Assembly (NCBI GenBank): GCA_019358935.1 | Contig: JAHHIK010000060.1 | Coordinates: 1-50,729 of the forward strand | Source: Tolypothrix carrinoi HA7290-LM1 | Lineage (GTDB): Bacteria; Cyanobacteriota; Cyanobacteriia; Cyanobacteriales; Nostocaceae | Direction: 5' to 3' | Length of the DNA stretch: 50,729 nt | Made by a program: the position numbers and the translations under genes | Shown here: positions 1-10,724 of the stretch, one piece after another | Position numbering within the stretch: the first letter of the stretch is position 1 | How the letters are laid out: each line of letters begins with the position of its first letter | Notes under the pieces: model-generated | What the model saw: only the letters and a program-made list of their open reading frames with translations | The model's database searches: none | Told to the model about the DNA's origin: nothing

Positions 1-112
1 AGCATCTTTACGCTCAACTCTATAGCGTAATAATAGCACAAAAAGCACCACTGTGGGGTAAACCCCACGACGTGGTTTTCATCCCCGGCATGAATGCGCG
101 GGGCTTTCAACC
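1..112 (-). mobile_element. Probable terminal region of an IS200/IS605-family element whose gene starts at the window edge and runs leftwards
   Basis: Hairpin GTGGGGTAAACCCCAC (53-68) and imperfect hairpin TTCATCCCCGGCATGAATGCGCGGGCTTTC (~78-108) resemble cyanobacterial IS605 subterminal hairpins; minus-strand ATG at 5-3. The gene itself is outside the window. Confidence 0.35.
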
Positions 113-156
113 TACCTTTTTGTAAAAGTTATTGAGAGAAATTCGAGATATATCCG

Positions 157-1638
157 ATGACTAAATATATTCTGGCATTCGATCAAGGCACTACCAGCTC
201 GCGCAGTATTATATTTGACCGCAATGGCGATATGCTGACCATTGCTCAGAAAGAATTTCCCCAAATCTTTCCGCAGCCTGGTTGGGTGGAGCATGATGCT
301 AACGAGATATGGTCTTCCCAAATTGGTGTAGCCAACGAAGCTTTAGCTCGGATTAATATCCAAGCTAGTGATATTGCTGCCATTGGGATTAGCAATCAAC
401 GAGAAACCACGATAGTCTGGGAGCGAAAAACAGGCAAGCCGATTCACAATGCGATCGTCTGGCAAGATCGCCGCACTGCTGCTTACTGCGATGAACTTAA
501 GGCAGCTGGACATGAGACAACATTCCAAAACAAAACAGGACTGGTGATTGATGCTTACTTTAGCGGTACTAAACTCAAGTGGTTGCTTGATAATGTGCCT
601 GATGCTCGCTCTAAAGCCGAGCGAGGAGAACTGGCATTTGGAACCGTCGATAGCTGGTTGATTTGGAAACTAACTCAGGGGGAACTCCACATCACAGATG
701 TAACTAATGCTAGCAGAACGTTGTTGTTTAATATTCACACTCAGCAGTGGGACGATGAATTGCTGACTATTCTCGATATTCCCCGTTCTCTTCTTCCCCA
801 AGTGCAGAGTTCGTCACAAGTGTATGGGTATACATCTGAAGGTCTTTTGGGTAGCCGCATTCCCATTGCCGGAATTGCCGGAGACCAGCAGGCTGCAACC
901 TTTGGGCAGGCATCGTTGCAATCTGGTATGGCGAAAAACACTTACGGTACAGGTTGCTTTATGTTACTGAATACAGGTAATAAGCCGATGCTATCCAACC
1001 ACAAGTTGCTGACGACGATCGCCTGGTCTATAAATGGACGCACCACTTATGCCCTAGAAGGCAGCGTATTTATTGCCGGGGCAGTTGTGCAATGGCTACG
1101 CGACGGACTCGGCATTATCAAGCATAGTGGCGATGTTGAAGCTTTAGCTTGCAGCGTGACTGATAATGGTGGTGTGTATTTTGTGCCTGCGTTCGTCGGT
1201 TTGGGCGCACCTTATTGGGATAGCTACGCTCGTGGTACAATTGTAGGTTTAAGTCGCGGATCGACCAGTGCCCATATTGCCCGTGCAGCCCTAGAAAGCA
1301 TTGCCTATCAAACGGCTGACGTGATTGATGCTATGCGTCAAGATTCTCAGCTTTATCTGTCTGAACTGCGGGTAGATGGGGGTGCATCCCGCAACGATCT
1401 GCTGATGCAGTTCCAGGCTGATATTTTAGGTGTGCCGATTGTCCGTCCCAAAATCACCGAAACTACTGCTTTGGGTGCTGCTTATCTGGCAGGTCTAGCT
1501 GTTGGCTATTGGGACGAAGCAGAAATTGTGCAGCAGTGGCAGGTTGAGAAACGGTTTGAGCCGAACTTCAGCGCTGACCATCGCTTAACACTACTAGACT
1601 CGTGGCATCAAGCGATCGCCCAGACGCGACATAGGTAG
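157..1638 (+). CDS. glpK: Glycerol kinase
   Basis: 493 aa; [37 protein letters not shown] and LEGS motifs of FGGY glycerol kinases. Confidence 0.97.
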   Translation: MTKYILAFDQGTTSSRSIIFDRNGDMLTIAQKEFPQIFPQPGWVEHDANEIWSSQIGVANEALARINIQASDIAAIGISNQRETTIVWERKTGKPIHNAIVWQDRRTAAYCDELKAAGHETTFQNKTGLVIDAYFSGTKLKWLLDNVPDARSKAERGELAFGTVDSWLIWKLTQGELHITDVTNASRTLLFNIHTQQWDDELLTILDIPRSLLPQVQSSSQVYGYTSEGLLGSRIPIAGIAGDQQAATFGQASLQSGMAKNTYGTGCFMLLNTGNKPMLSNHKLLTTIAWSINGRTTYALEGSVFIAGAVVQWLRDGLGIIKHSGDVEALACSVTDNGGVYFVPAFVGLGAPYWDSYARGTIVGLSRGSTSAHIARAALESIAYQTADVIDAMRQDSQLYLSELRVDGGASRNDLLMQFQADILGVPIVRPKITETTALGAAYLAGLAVGYWDEAEIVQQWQVEKRFEPNFSADHRLTLLDSWHQAIAQTRHR

Positions 1639-1639
1639 G

Positions 1640-1710
1640 GGGGCAGGGGGCAGGGGGACAAGGGGGACAAGGGGACAAGGGGACAAGGGGGACAAGGGGG
1701 ACAAGGGGGG
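1640..1710. repeat. GGGGGACAA 9-mer tandem repeat between convergent genes
   Basis: Direct reading of tandem units. Confidence 0.9.
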
Positions 1711-1740
1711 GCTACCTGGTAGGAAAAGGAAAGAAACGCT

Positions 1741-3090
1741 TTATCCTGGATACACTCGTCCTTTCCAAGCACCACCTCGTCCTTGCCAATGACGCAAAGC
1801 TGAGTCTAAAGTCATGAGAGTATAGAGAAAGGCGATCGCACTCAAGCAAAATACTAACCACACAGGACATTTATAAAAGCGGATGGTGGGTAAATAAGCC
1901 AAACTCATCAGCAACCATGTCAACAAACCTGTAAATGCGATTCCCCAATTCCCCATCAACGCACCCCAAATAATCCCCAAAGGTGGAACGATATAAATCA
2001 AAATCATCCCCACCAAAGTTAAAATTAACAGCAATGGCGAATTATTCAATTGCGTATAAGCAGTACGCGCAACCATATCCCAAATCGTAGCCAAAGAAGG
2101 ATAGGGACGCAAACTGCGAGTTTTAGTACTTAATCCCAACCAAATGCGATCGGTTGAGGAGGAGTGGGAGAGTGGGGGAAGCGTGGTGTGGAGGAGTGGA
2201 GGAGTGGGGGAAGCGTGGTGTGGGGGAGTGGAGGTTTCGGAGGAAGATAAGAGAGAAATTCCCCCAAGTCGTCCCCCAAGTCTTCCTTGTCCTCCTTGTC
2301 TCCCCCTCTCCCCCTCTCCCACTCCCCCCCTCTCCCTCTCCCTCCTCCTCTTCACGGCAGAAGCAAGGGCACAATCATCAATTAAAGCGTGTCGTACAGC
2401 TTTAATTCCACCGATGCGATTTAAGGCTTCTCTACGAATTAAAATACAGCCTCCGGCGGCTGCGGCTGTTGTATTATTTGGATCGTTAACCCAGCGAAAG
2501 GGATAGATTTTTTGGAAGAAAAAGACAAAAGCCGGAATTAAAAGTTGTTCCCAAAGGCTTTTACAGCGAAGTCGCACCATGACCGAAACTAAATCTAAAT
2601 TATCTTTTTCGGCTTTGGCAACGAGTCGGCGCAGGTTTGCTATATCATGCTCAATGTCTGCATCGGTTAGTAAATAGTAGTCGGGTGTAAATTCTGAAGC
2701 TTTGTAAATGCCTTGTTCCATTGCCCATAGTTTACCAGTCCAGCCGGGAGGTAGAGCTTGGGCGGAAATAATTTGTAATTGCTGCGATTTATTTAAAGCG
2801 TATGCCACACCTTCAGCTATATCTGGAGTGCCGTCTGTGCTGTGGTCGTCTACTAAGAACACGGTGAATGAGCCGTGATAATCTTGACGTAGAAGCGATC
2901 GCAAACTAACTGGTAGCAAATCAGCTTCGTTACGTGCCGGAATTACCGCACACACGGTAGGTAATGATTCTAGCATTGTTTCTCCTATCTCTAGTCGCTG
3001 GTCTGTTCGCCAAAACTGACCCCGCAAAGTTAATAATCCAATCCAAATTGCCAAAGATAAGAGCATCACCCCGAATATAATTCCTTCCAT
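1741..3090 (-). CDS. hpnB: Hopanoid-associated GT2 glycosyltransferase HpnB, carrying a repeat-derived in-frame insertion
   Basis: VIPARNEA, VDDHSTDGT, LPPGWTGKLWA, TDAD, AAGGCIL, LIDDC, WDMVARTAYTQL, WKGR; divergent from shc; ATG at 3090 has a GAGG RBS. Confidence 0.9.
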   Translation of the reverse strand: MEGIIFGVMLLSLAIWIGLLTLRGQFWRTDQRLEIGETMLESLPTVCAVIPARNEADLLPVSLRSLLRQDYHGSFTVFLVDDHSTDGTPDIAEGVAYALNKSQQLQIISAQALPPGWTGKLWAMEQGIYKASEFTPDYYLLTDADIEHDIANLRRLVAKAEKDNLDLVSVMVRLRCKSLWEQLLIPAFVFFFQKIYPFRWVNDPNNTTAAAAGGCILIRREALNRIGGIKAVRHALIDDCALASAVKRRRERERGGVGEGERGRQGGQGRLGGRLGGISLLSSSETSTPPHHASPTPPLLHTTLPPLSHSSSTDRIWLGLSTKTRSLRPYPSLATIWDMVARTAYTQLNNSPLLLILTLVGMILIYIVPPLGIIWGALMGNWGIAFTGLLTWLLMSLAYLPTIRFYKCPVWLVFCLSAIAFLYTLMTLDSALRHWQGRGGAWKGRVYPG

Positions 3091-3206
3091 AACCTCTTGC
3101 CAATTCACTGCCTCTGTGAGCAAAATACTATGTTTGCTGATTGTGTGCCAAGAACTTTTTTCTTCAATGCTGTGTCGGTAATATTGTTAAGATTGAGTAA
3201 TATTAC

Positions 3207-5108
3207 ATGCAAACTCAAGATAGAATAACAGTCAATCAAGTAGCAGAAGCGATCGCCAAGAGCCAAAATCATCTTCTCTCGATTCAAAATCCCGCAGGTT
3301 ATTGGTGGGCAGAGTTAGAATCTAATGTCACTATCACCGCTGAAGTTGTCCTTCTACATAAAATTTGGGGGACAGACTCGCAAAGACCTTTACACAAAGC
3401 CGAAACCTACCTGCGTTCTCAACAACGACAGCATGGTGGTTGGGAACTTTTTTACGGTGATGGCGGAGAACTCAGCACTTCTGTAGAGGCTTACATGGCG
3501 CTGAGGCTGCTAGGTGTCTCTGCAAGCGATCCGGCAATGCTGCGGGCGCGAGATTTTATTTTACAGCGAGGCGGCATCAGTAAAACTCGCATCTTTACAA
3601 AGTTTCATTTAGCACTGATTGGCTGCTACAACTGGCGGGGTCTTCCCTCGATTCCACCAGCAATTATGCTTCTGCCAGATGCTTTCCCATTTAATATTTA
3701 TGAAATGTCGAGTTGGGCAAGGTCAAGCACTGTCCCTTTATTAATTGTCTTTGATGATAAGCCGATTTATCAAGTTGATTCAGCGATCGCTTTGGATGAG
3801 TTGTATGTTGAAGGTGCAGATATCCAATTTGAATTACCTCGCAATAACGATTGGACAGATTTATTCATCACCCTGGATAATGCTTTCAAGTTAGCAGAAA
3901 ACTTGAATTTAATGCCTTTGCGGTCAGAAGGTATCAAAGCCGCAGAAAAATGGATTTTAGAAAGACAAGAAGCAACCGGTGATTGGGGCGGAATTATTCC
4001 GGCGATGCTAAATTCAATGTTAGCTTTGAAGTCACTCAATTACGATGTTAACGATCCGATTGTCGTTAGAGGTTTGCAAGCAATTGATAATTTTGCGATT
4101 GAAACTGAAGATTCCTACCGAGTGCAACCTTGTGTTTCTCCAATTTGGGATACAGCTTGGGCAATTCGTGCTTTAATAGAATCTGGTTTAGCAGCAGATC
4201 ATCCGGCGGTAGTTAAAGCTGGAGAATTTCTGTTAGATAAGCAGATTTTAGATTATGGTGATTGGGCAGTTAAAAATCATCAAGGTAAACCGGGTGCTTG
4301 GGCATTTGAGTTTGACAATCGCTTTTATCCAGATGTAGACGACTCTGCCGTAGTTGTGATGGCGTTGCAGATAGCGAAACTACCTAATGAACAATTAAAG
4401 CAGCAAGCGATCGCACGCGCTATTAATTGGATTGCTTCGATGCAATGTCAAGCCGGTGGTTGGGCTGCATTCGATCTCAACAACAATCAAGACTGGCTTA
4501 ATTTAGTGCCCTATGGTGACTTAAAAGCGATGATCGATCCAAACACCGCTGATGTTACTGCCAGAGTATTAGAAATGCTGGGCGAATGCAAACAGTCAAT
4601 TGATACTCAAAGCTTTGAGAAAGCGATCGTCTATCTCATCAACGAACAAGAAATTGATGGTTCTTGGTTTGGTCGTTGGGGAGTAAACTACATTTATGGA
4701 ACTAGTGGCGTACTTTCCGCTTTTGCTTTAGTTGCACCGCAGACTCACCAAAACAGTATCTCACGCGGTGCTACTTGGTTACTCAAATGTCAAAACCCCG
4801 ATGGTGGTTGGGGTGAAACTTGTCGCAGTTACAACGACCCCAGTCTTAAAGGGCAAGGAAAAAGTACAGCATCCCAAACCGCTTGGGCAATAATAGGCTT
4901 GATAGCAGCAGGTGAGGCAACAGGGAAAATAGCGCTGCCCGCAATTGAAAAAGGAATTAACTACCTTTTAGCAACTCAACAATCAGATGGTACTTGGGAC
5001 GAATCAGAATTTACAGGTACTGGCTTTCCCGGTCACTTTTACCTGAAATATCACCTTTATCAACAATATTTTCCTTTAATAGCTTTAGGGCGCTATCAAA
5101 ATCTCTAG
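3207..5108 (+). CDS. shc: Squalene-hopene cyclase
   Basis: 633 aa; DXDD motif (YPDVDDSA), QW-type repeats (QxxDGxW), WFGRWGVNYIYGT, GTGFP. Confidence 0.97.
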   Translation: MQTQDRITVNQVAEAIAKSQNHLLSIQNPAGYWWAELESNVTITAEVVLLHKIWGTDSQRPLHKAETYLRSQQRQHGGWELFYGDGGELSTSVEAYMALRLLGVSASDPAMLRARDFILQRGGISKTRIFTKFHLALIGCYNWRGLPSIPPAIMLLPDAFPFNIYEMSSWARSSTVPLLIVFDDKPIYQVDSAIALDELYVEGADIQFELPRNNDWTDLFITLDNAFKLAENLNLMPLRSEGIKAAEKWILERQEATGDWGGIIPAMLNSMLALKSLNYDVNDPIVVRGLQAIDNFAIETEDSYRVQPCVSPIWDTAWAIRALIESGLAADHPAVVKAGEFLLDKQILDYGDWAVKNHQGKPGAWAFEFDNRFYPDVDDSAVVVMALQIAKLPNEQLKQQAIARAINWIASMQCQAGGWAAFDLNNNQDWLNLVPYGDLKAMIDPNTADVTARVLEMLGECKQSIDTQSFEKAIVYLINEQEIDGSWFGRWGVNYIYGTSGVLSAFALVAPQTHQNSISRGATWLLKCQNPDGGWGETCRSYNDPSLKGQGKSTASQTAWAIIGLIAAGEATGKIALPAIEKGINYLLATQQSDGTWDESEFTGTGFPGHFYLKYHLYQQYFPLIALGRYQNL

Positions 5109-5189
5109 TGTTTGATACTTTCGTAGTGAGCGGCTTGAGCCGCTCATCTAAACATCCATTTTCGGGCGTTACCTATTTGAAAAATAACT

Positions 5190-5999
5190 ATGAAAAAAAT
5201 CAAAACTTTTAACAGTGCTGGTAAACTCACAGCACTTTTATTCTTAATAACTATATTCCTCACGCCTTTTGTAATAATCAACGCTGGACAACGCGGCGTA
5301 TTAATGCAATTTGGTCAAGTGCAAGACACAATACTAGGAGAAGGAATCCACACAATCATTCCTATAGTTAATACTGTCAAAAAATTGAGTGTTCGAGTCC
5401 AAAGCCAGGAAATTTCCGCAGAAGCATCCTCAAGAGATTTACAAGATGTCTTCACCGATGTAGCGCTCAACTGGCATATTATCCCAGAAGAAGTAAATGC
5501 CATTTTTCAACAAATTGGAGATGAAAAAAGTGTTATAGACCGGATTATAAATCCAGCGGTTGAAGAAGTACTCAAAGCCGTGATAGCAAAGTATACTGCT
5601 GAAGAAGTTATCACAAAAAGGGGGGAAGTGAAAGCAGGAGTTGACGATGCACTAACCACACGTCTAGCTACTTATCATATTGCAGTTGATGATATTTCTT
5701 TAGTGCATATCCACTTTTCAGCACAATTTAGCCAAGCAGTGGAAGCAAAACAAATTGCCGAACAAGAAGCAAAACAGGCAGAATTTATAGCTCTGAAAGC
5801 ATCAAAACAAGCTCAGGCAAAAGTGAATCTTTCAAAAGGAGAGGCTGAAGCGAACAGTTTGCTGCGTGAAACTTTGACTCCAGAAATACTGCAAAGACAA
5901 ACAATCGAAAAATGGGATGGCAAGTTGCCATTAATTGTTGGTAAGGACGTTCCCAAATTGTTGAACTTGAGAGATTTGGTAGATGCTAATAAAAATTGA
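5190..5999 (+). CDS. Prohibitin/SPFH (band 7) membrane protein
   Basis: N-terminal TM helix, GQRGV..FG, SRDLQDV, AVEAKQIAEQ coiled coil, EKWDGKLP. Confidence 0.9.
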   Translation: MKKIKTFNSAGKLTALLFLITIFLTPFVIINAGQRGVLMQFGQVQDTILGEGIHTIIPIVNTVKKLSVRVQSQEISAEASSRDLQDVFTDVALNWHIIPEEVNAIFQQIGDEKSVIDRIINPAVEEVLKAVIAKYTAEEVITKRGEVKAGVDDALTTRLATYHIAVDDISLVHIHFSAQFSQAVEAKQIAEQEAKQAEFIALKASKQAQAKVNLSKGEAEANSLLRETLTPEILQRQTIEKWDGKLPLIVGKDVPKLLNLRDLVDANKN

Positions 6000-6300
6000 T
6001 GGGCATGGGGAATTGGTAATTGGTAATTGGTAATTGGTGAGCCAGTGCGTTGGGCGGGTCTCCCGACTTGAAGCACCTGGCGAACCCCGAAGGGGTAATT
6101 GGTAATAGTGATGTGCGTTTTTTTCATTACCCCATTGCCAATTCTCCATTACCTATTAGCCATTACCCCTTCGGGTTCGCCAGTCGCACGCCAGGTGCTA
6201 CAACGGAGGGAACCTCCGCAACGCACTGGCTCCTCAACGCGGGGAACCCGCGCACGGCGCTGGACTCACCATTCCCCATTACCTATTAGCCATTCCCCTA
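6000..6300. repeat. STRR heptamer array (GGTAATT/CCATTAC) with embedded and nested small dispersed repeats
   Basis: GGTAATT tandem units; CCAGTGCGTTGG...GCACCTGG-CGAACCCCGAAGGG unit at ~6040-6095; a second unit nested inside another at ~6165-6270. Confidence 0.85.
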
Positions 6301-6311
6301 ACAACTAACTC

Positions 6312-6773
6312 TTAACTATTAGAAAATAAAACGGGAGTATCAAGAATCTTAAACTGAATTAAGAGGATAATCACTAGAGTAAAGACTGTTGAAGAAACTA
6401 GACCAGTGAATAACTCTTTTTTCAGGTTACGTTCTTTGGGTTCGTTTTGAAAAACATCTACAGACCCTAATTGCATTAAAATAATTCCGACAACGTTAGA
6501 TAGCCAGTAGCCGATAATTGAACAAGGTATAAGTAACTTTGGGGAAAATAAACTACACATATACCCAAAACCATAAGCAATTGGCAGATTGAATAATAAA
6601 TCATTCCACCAACATAATGGCGATAGTAAATATCCAAGCACTAGAAAGAATCCACCTCTAAGTTTTTTCCACATGTCTGGTTGGATGACGACCTGATTCG
6701 CGGTTTGTGATGATTCGTCAGAGGTGGTTTGTCCGCTTACGCTCAATTGAGTGACTTCTTGGATGCTTGTCAT
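6312..6773 (-). CDS. Hypothetical membrane protein (about 3 TM helices; LSPLCWWND motif)
   Basis: 153 aa ORF with hydrophobic segments; operator-like box 11 bp upstream of ATG. Confidence 0.8.
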   Translation of the reverse strand: MTSIQEVTQLSVSGQTTSDESSQTANQVVIQPDMWKKLRGGFFLVLGYLLSPLCWWNDLLFNLPIAYGFGYMCSLFSPKLLIPCSIIGYWLSNVVGIILMQLGSVDVFQNEPKERNLKKELFTGLVSSTVFTLVIILLIQFKILDTPVLFSNS

Positions 6774-6783
6774 GTTCTTACAT

Positions 6784-6808
6784 AAATCCTATCGGCTTAC
6801 CGTAGTTT
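6784..6808 (-). promoter_or_regulatory. Putative sulfur-regulon operator box AAACTACGGTAAGCCGATAGGATTT
   Basis: 17-bp core CTATCGGCTTACCGTAG is identical to the copy upstream of cysE (17424-17440). Confidence 0.75.
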
Positions 6809-7143
6809 ATATAAAAACGCAGAAAAAGTCTACTCTACCAATAGAAAGATATCTATGCAGTTGACTGCGATGTCGGGACGACAACGCTCCGCGAACGCCA
6901 CCTTCAAAGGAATTCATCGTATTGGAAAAAGTAAAAATAGCGATCGCTTGTTATCAGTTGCCTGATATCTCCGTATTGTATGTATAATTGGTTGCATATA
7001 TTTTCCAAAGAGAATATGTTGTGCGATCGCCTCATGTCTGCTTACCCAAAATATTCCAACATCGAAACATTTAAAATCATTTTTCTACCTTTCCCCTTTT
7101 GAAAAATCCCTTTTCCCCTCCTTTGGTAATAGTTATAATAAAA

Positions 7144-7437
7144 ATGATGAATCAACTTAATAATATGACTAATTCTTCTTTAACTACTTTCTTTTTGATA
7201 TTGGGAATAGTTTTCTTGACAATTTCTGTTATTGGACAATCAAAATTGTTTTTTGCGGAAATTAATCCAGGTTGTTTTGGTCGATTTTTAGCTTTAATTA
7301 TCGGTGTATTCAGCTTAATCTGTGCTGTTTTCATAGGAGTATTTCCCCTAGAAAGTGTTGATTTAGTCAAAAATTATTTAGCGCAGCAGCTTCAACAAAA
7401 TATAAGCTCGATTAACCAACTTTTACTTGGGTCATAA
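7144..7437 (+). CDS. Small two-TM hypothetical membrane protein (start uncertain: 7144 or 7165)
   Basis: Two hydrophobic helices around EINPGCFGR. Confidence 0.65.
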   Translation: MMNQLNNMTNSSLTTFFLILGIVFLTISVIGQSKLFFAEINPGCFGRFLALIIGVFSLICAVFIGVFPLESVDLVKNYLAQQLQQNISSINQLLLGS

Positions 7438-7439
7438 CA

Positions 7440-7657
7440 CAATACAGTTCAGTTAGTAGTGTTCAGTCATCGAAGATCCCCCCAACCCACGCCACTTTGC
7501 TCAAGTCGAGCCAGCCGCTTGCGGGGGTTCCCCCCGTTGTGCGGACTGGCGTGGGAAACCCTTCCTGTGCAAGTGGCTCCCCTTATCAAGGTTGGCTCTA
7601 GTTCCCTCCTTTTTAAGGAGGGTTAGGGAGGATCAAGTCTTAACACCAAGCGTATTG
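7440..7657. mobile_element. MITE (Nezha/IS4-like) with 10-bp target duplication and nested dispersed repeats
   Basis: Imperfect TIRs CAATACAGTTCAGTTA ... TAACACCAAGCGTATTG; flanks GGTCATAACA (7430-7439) and GGTCATAACC (7658-7667). Confidence 0.75.
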
Positions 7658-7754
7658 GGTCATAACCAAGCCAATGTGAAATAATAATATATTAATTGGG
7701 GTGCAGTTACCAAAACGCAACGCACCCCTTAACTGAAGACTTATATAATTAGTA

Positions 7755-8291
7755 TTAGTAATAAGCACCTATCAAGTTGTAAGTCAAAGCCGTTAATACA
7801 AACAAATTCACAAAAATGTAAATTAAATCACGCCGGCGAACAAAAGCCAAAAGGGAAATTATCACCCGAACTATGGGAGTAGCAATTAAAAGCAGCAGTC
7901 CAAGTTGAATTATCCCACGGCTGCTACCTGAAAAAACAGCTTCTACCACACCTGTAGGAGAGCGAAATTTAGATGGGGTTCCGCGAAAAAAGTGATATTC
8001 AGCAGGTTCAGCACCGTGGCGAATTAAATACAAAATCCCCCCCAGCAGAACTACAGCACTAGCAATGAGAACGCCATATTTGAGAAGATTGCTAAGTAGA
8101 TTTTCTAATTGCTGCTCACTTGATGTTTTCGTGATGCTATTACTATCAATATCACCAGTTATTTTGTTAGCGCGTTCTGTTAACTCTTGAATATCAGAAT
8201 CTGGTTCTGACTGCAAAGGTAGTGCAACTAGTTCAACTTTTGACTGTACCGATGATTTCCACTCCCAAGCCGACGAATTGAATTTATACAT
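7755..8291 (-). CDS. DUF1634-family membrane protein (TauE partner)
   Basis: LLKYGVLIASAVVLLGG and GLLLLIATPIVRV motifs; immediately downstream of a TauE gene. Confidence 0.85.
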   Translation of the reverse strand: MYKFNSSAWEWKSSVQSKVELVALPLQSEPDSDIQELTERANKITGDIDSNSITKTSSEQQLENLLSNLLKYGVLIASAVVLLGGILYLIRHGAEPAEYHFFRGTPSKFRSPTGVVEAVFSGSSRGIIQLGLLLLIATPIVRVIISLLAFVRRRDLIYIFVNLFVLTALTYNLIGAYY

Positions 8292-8292
8292 T

Positions 8293-9129
8293 TTACAGCC
8301 CCCCTAATAGACTGTTGTAGACCATCTTCAAAGCCATTACCACCAGCACAAGGCTGAAGATAATTCGCAAAATCTGCGTTTTAGCACCTACTAGAACTCT
8401 TGCACCCAAAAAAGCACCAGGAAGTACCCCTAACATCACCGGCATTGACAATCCTGGATCGATGTAACCCCGTGCTAGGTAAACCCCTGCTGATGCAGCT
8501 GCTGTCACACCGATCATAAAATTGCTGGTAGTGGTGGAAACTTTGAAGGGTAGACGCATAGCTTGATCCATCGCTAATACTTTGAATCCTCCCGAACCAA
8601 TGCCAAGTAAACCAGAAAGCACTCCAGCTACTAACATCACGCTAAACCCAGCCGACACAGATTGAACTTGATAAGACATCAATCCATCAGGAGTTGGGTA
8701 AGTACCATTGAGATTCAGATAGTTTGCCAGAAAGTCGCTTGACTCAGTTTCGAGATTTTCTGGTCTAGGTTGTTGTGAAAGGTATGCGGAATAAATTAAA
8801 ACGATCGCTAACACAATTGTCAGCGCTTTGATAGAAATAAAACTAGCAATTAAAGCACCAACTATCGCGCCAATTGTTGTTGCCACCTCCAGAAACATTC
8901 CCAAGCGTAAATTAGTGTAACCTTTTTTTATATAAGTACATGCTGCACCGGAAGAAGTCGCAATTACAGATACCAGTGAAGCACCAACGGCGTAGCGGAT
9001 ATCAACGCCAAACATTGAAGTTAATAAAGGAACAATTACTACTCCACCCCCTAACCCAGTCAGCGCACCGAGAAAACCAGCGCTAAATGACCCAATCCAA
9101 ACTAGTAAAGAAAATTCTAGGATATTCAA
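8293..9129 (-). CDS. Sulfite exporter TauE/SafE family protein (copy 1)
   Basis: GALTGLGGGVVIVP, ASLVSVIATSSG, SGLLGIGSG, STTTSNFMIGVTAA; TTG start. Confidence 0.9.
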   Translation of the reverse strand: MNILEFSLLVWIGSFSAGFLGALTGLGGGVVIVPLLTSMFGVDIRYAVGASLVSVIATSSGAACTYIKKGYTNLRLGMFLEVATTIGAIVGALIASFISIKALTIVLAIVLIYSAYLSQQPRPENLETESSDFLANYLNLNGTYPTPDGLMSYQVQSVSAGFSVMLVAGVLSGLLGIGSGGFKVLAMDQAMRLPFKVSTTTSNFMIGVTAAASAGVYLARGYIDPGLSMPVMLGVLPGAFLGARVLVGAKTQILRIIFSLVLVVMALKMVYNSLLGGL

Positions 9130-9293
9130 ATTTTATTTTCCTCTGTTTTGAAATGTATATAACAAGACCGAGATAATTTTTTATGCTTTCTTTAAATTTA
9201 AATGGCAGGCGGGTGAAAGCAAAGTATTATTGGGCACAAAAAATGATTTTTTTGTCACTTTCTGCGCCAGCTGACGATTTTTATGGGCAATAA

Positions 9294-9947
9294 TCACAAA
9301 GAAAGTGAAATTTCCCCATTAAATAGGTTTAATAGAGTCAAGGTGCCACTATCTACTACTATAAAAGCACCTAACCCGATTAGCACAAAAGGCATAAACT
9401 TATTGCCGTAGCCAGTTAGAACAAGAGCGATCGCTTTGTTGTGGGTTAATTTATATGCTGCATAACACAACACTCCTACCAACAGAAAAAATACGCATAG
9501 AATTATCAGCAGACTTTCCCAAGTACTGCTAGCAAACAAAGGCAAATAGATACTAATGTTGTCAGTACCATTAGCAACCGTGACGGCTGCCACACTGTAA
9601 ACTTGCATTCTTGTTAACTTGGCAAGAAACGAGTTGTTATGCGCTGTTTCTCCCTCGTTTTCTTTTGATGCATCTTCAAAATTGAGCAAGCATTTGATAC
9701 CGATTAGTATTGGCAGTAAGCCAAATAGTCCAATCAAAGGACGCGGTACAATTAAACCGCCAAAGAAACCGGGAATACTGAGGATTATTAGCGTTGCAAA
9801 GCCTATATACTGACCTGCAACGATATGCCAACGACAAAACGTAGCATTCACTTGTGAAAAAAACAGCGTCAGGAGAACCATATCATCGATATTGGTGGCA
9901 CTGAAGGCTGTTATCCCTGTGAAGAGTGCAGTAACTAACTCGCTCAT
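9294..9947 (-). CDS. CadD-family (LysE superfamily) membrane transporter, paralog 1
   Basis: FSATNIDD, GQYIGF, ANGTDNISIYLPLF; start at MSELV chosen by analogy with paralogs. Confidence 0.88.
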   Translation of the reverse strand: MSELVTALFTGITAFSATNIDDMVLLTLFFSQVNATFCRWHIVAGQYIGFATLIILSIPGFFGGLIVPRPLIGLFGLLPILIGIKCLLNFEDASKENEGETAHNNSFLAKLTRMQVYSVAAVTVANGTDNISIYLPLFASSTWESLLIILCVFFLLVGVLCYAAYKLTHNKAIALVLTGYGNKFMPFVLIGLGAFIVVDSGTLTLLNLFNGEISLSL

Positions 9948-10037
9948 ATTAATTTTTGATGCGTAAATTTTGTGGATCGTCAGCGCCGGCTTTCCCAGAC
10001 GGATGCGTTTTCTGTGGAAAATCAAAAGCTGGAAATT

Positions 10038-10694
10038 TTACATTCCCAAACCAGGCACAAGTTGGTACGTTCCACTTTTAACTAGGATGGAGAGTCCCAA
10101 GTAGATTAATACAAACGGAAAGACTTTCCGACCGTAGCGAGCTACAACCGGAGCTGCCAGACGATTACGAGTCATGTGGTAAGACAGAAAGCACCACAGC
10201 CCAATAGTCAAATAGCAAACACACACAATTAGACCCAAACTAGGGAGATTGCTACTGGCAAACAACGGTACGTAAATTCCTATGTTGTTTGCTCCATTTG
10301 CAATGGTGACAGCGGAAACGCGGTAAGTTTGGCGATCGCGTATAGTTGCCCATAGTGATTGATTGCGACGCTGAGGTTCATCATCAGAGTTGAAAACTGA
10401 CACAGTTTGTGATCCCTCTTCTTCTCGACTCATTAAATTACTGATACCAATCGCGATCGGAAGGAAACCTAACAATCCAATCCAAGCATCTGGAACAATT
10501 AAACCCCCGAAGAAACCAGGAAGACTAGCAAAAACTAATGCAGTGAATCCCAGAAATTCACCGATAACAATATGCTTGGGACGAAAGGTACGATTGACTT
10601 TTCCGAAAAAGGCAGTCAAGTATAAATTGTCGTCAAAGGTGGTTGCAAAAGCCGCAGAAATCCCAATAAATAAAGTACTAATTAGCCAAGTCAT
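10038..10694 (-). CDS. CadD-family membrane transporter, paralog 2 (divergent motifs)
   Basis: FATTFDD, GEFLGF, ANGANNIGIYVPLF. Confidence 0.88.
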   Translation of the reverse strand: MTWLISTLFIGISAAFATTFDDNLYLTAFFGKVNRTFRPKHIVIGEFLGFTALVFASLPGFFGGLIVPDAWIGLLGFLPIAIGISNLMSREEEGSQTVSVFNSDDEPQRRNQSLWATIRDRQTYRVSAVTIANGANNIGIYVPLFASSNLPSLGLIVCVCYLTIGLWCFLSYHMTRNRLAAPVVARYGRKVFPFVLIYLGLSILVKSGTYQLVPGLGM

Positions 10695-10724
10695 GATCGT
10701 TACAATGATTAAATGCTGTTTTTC

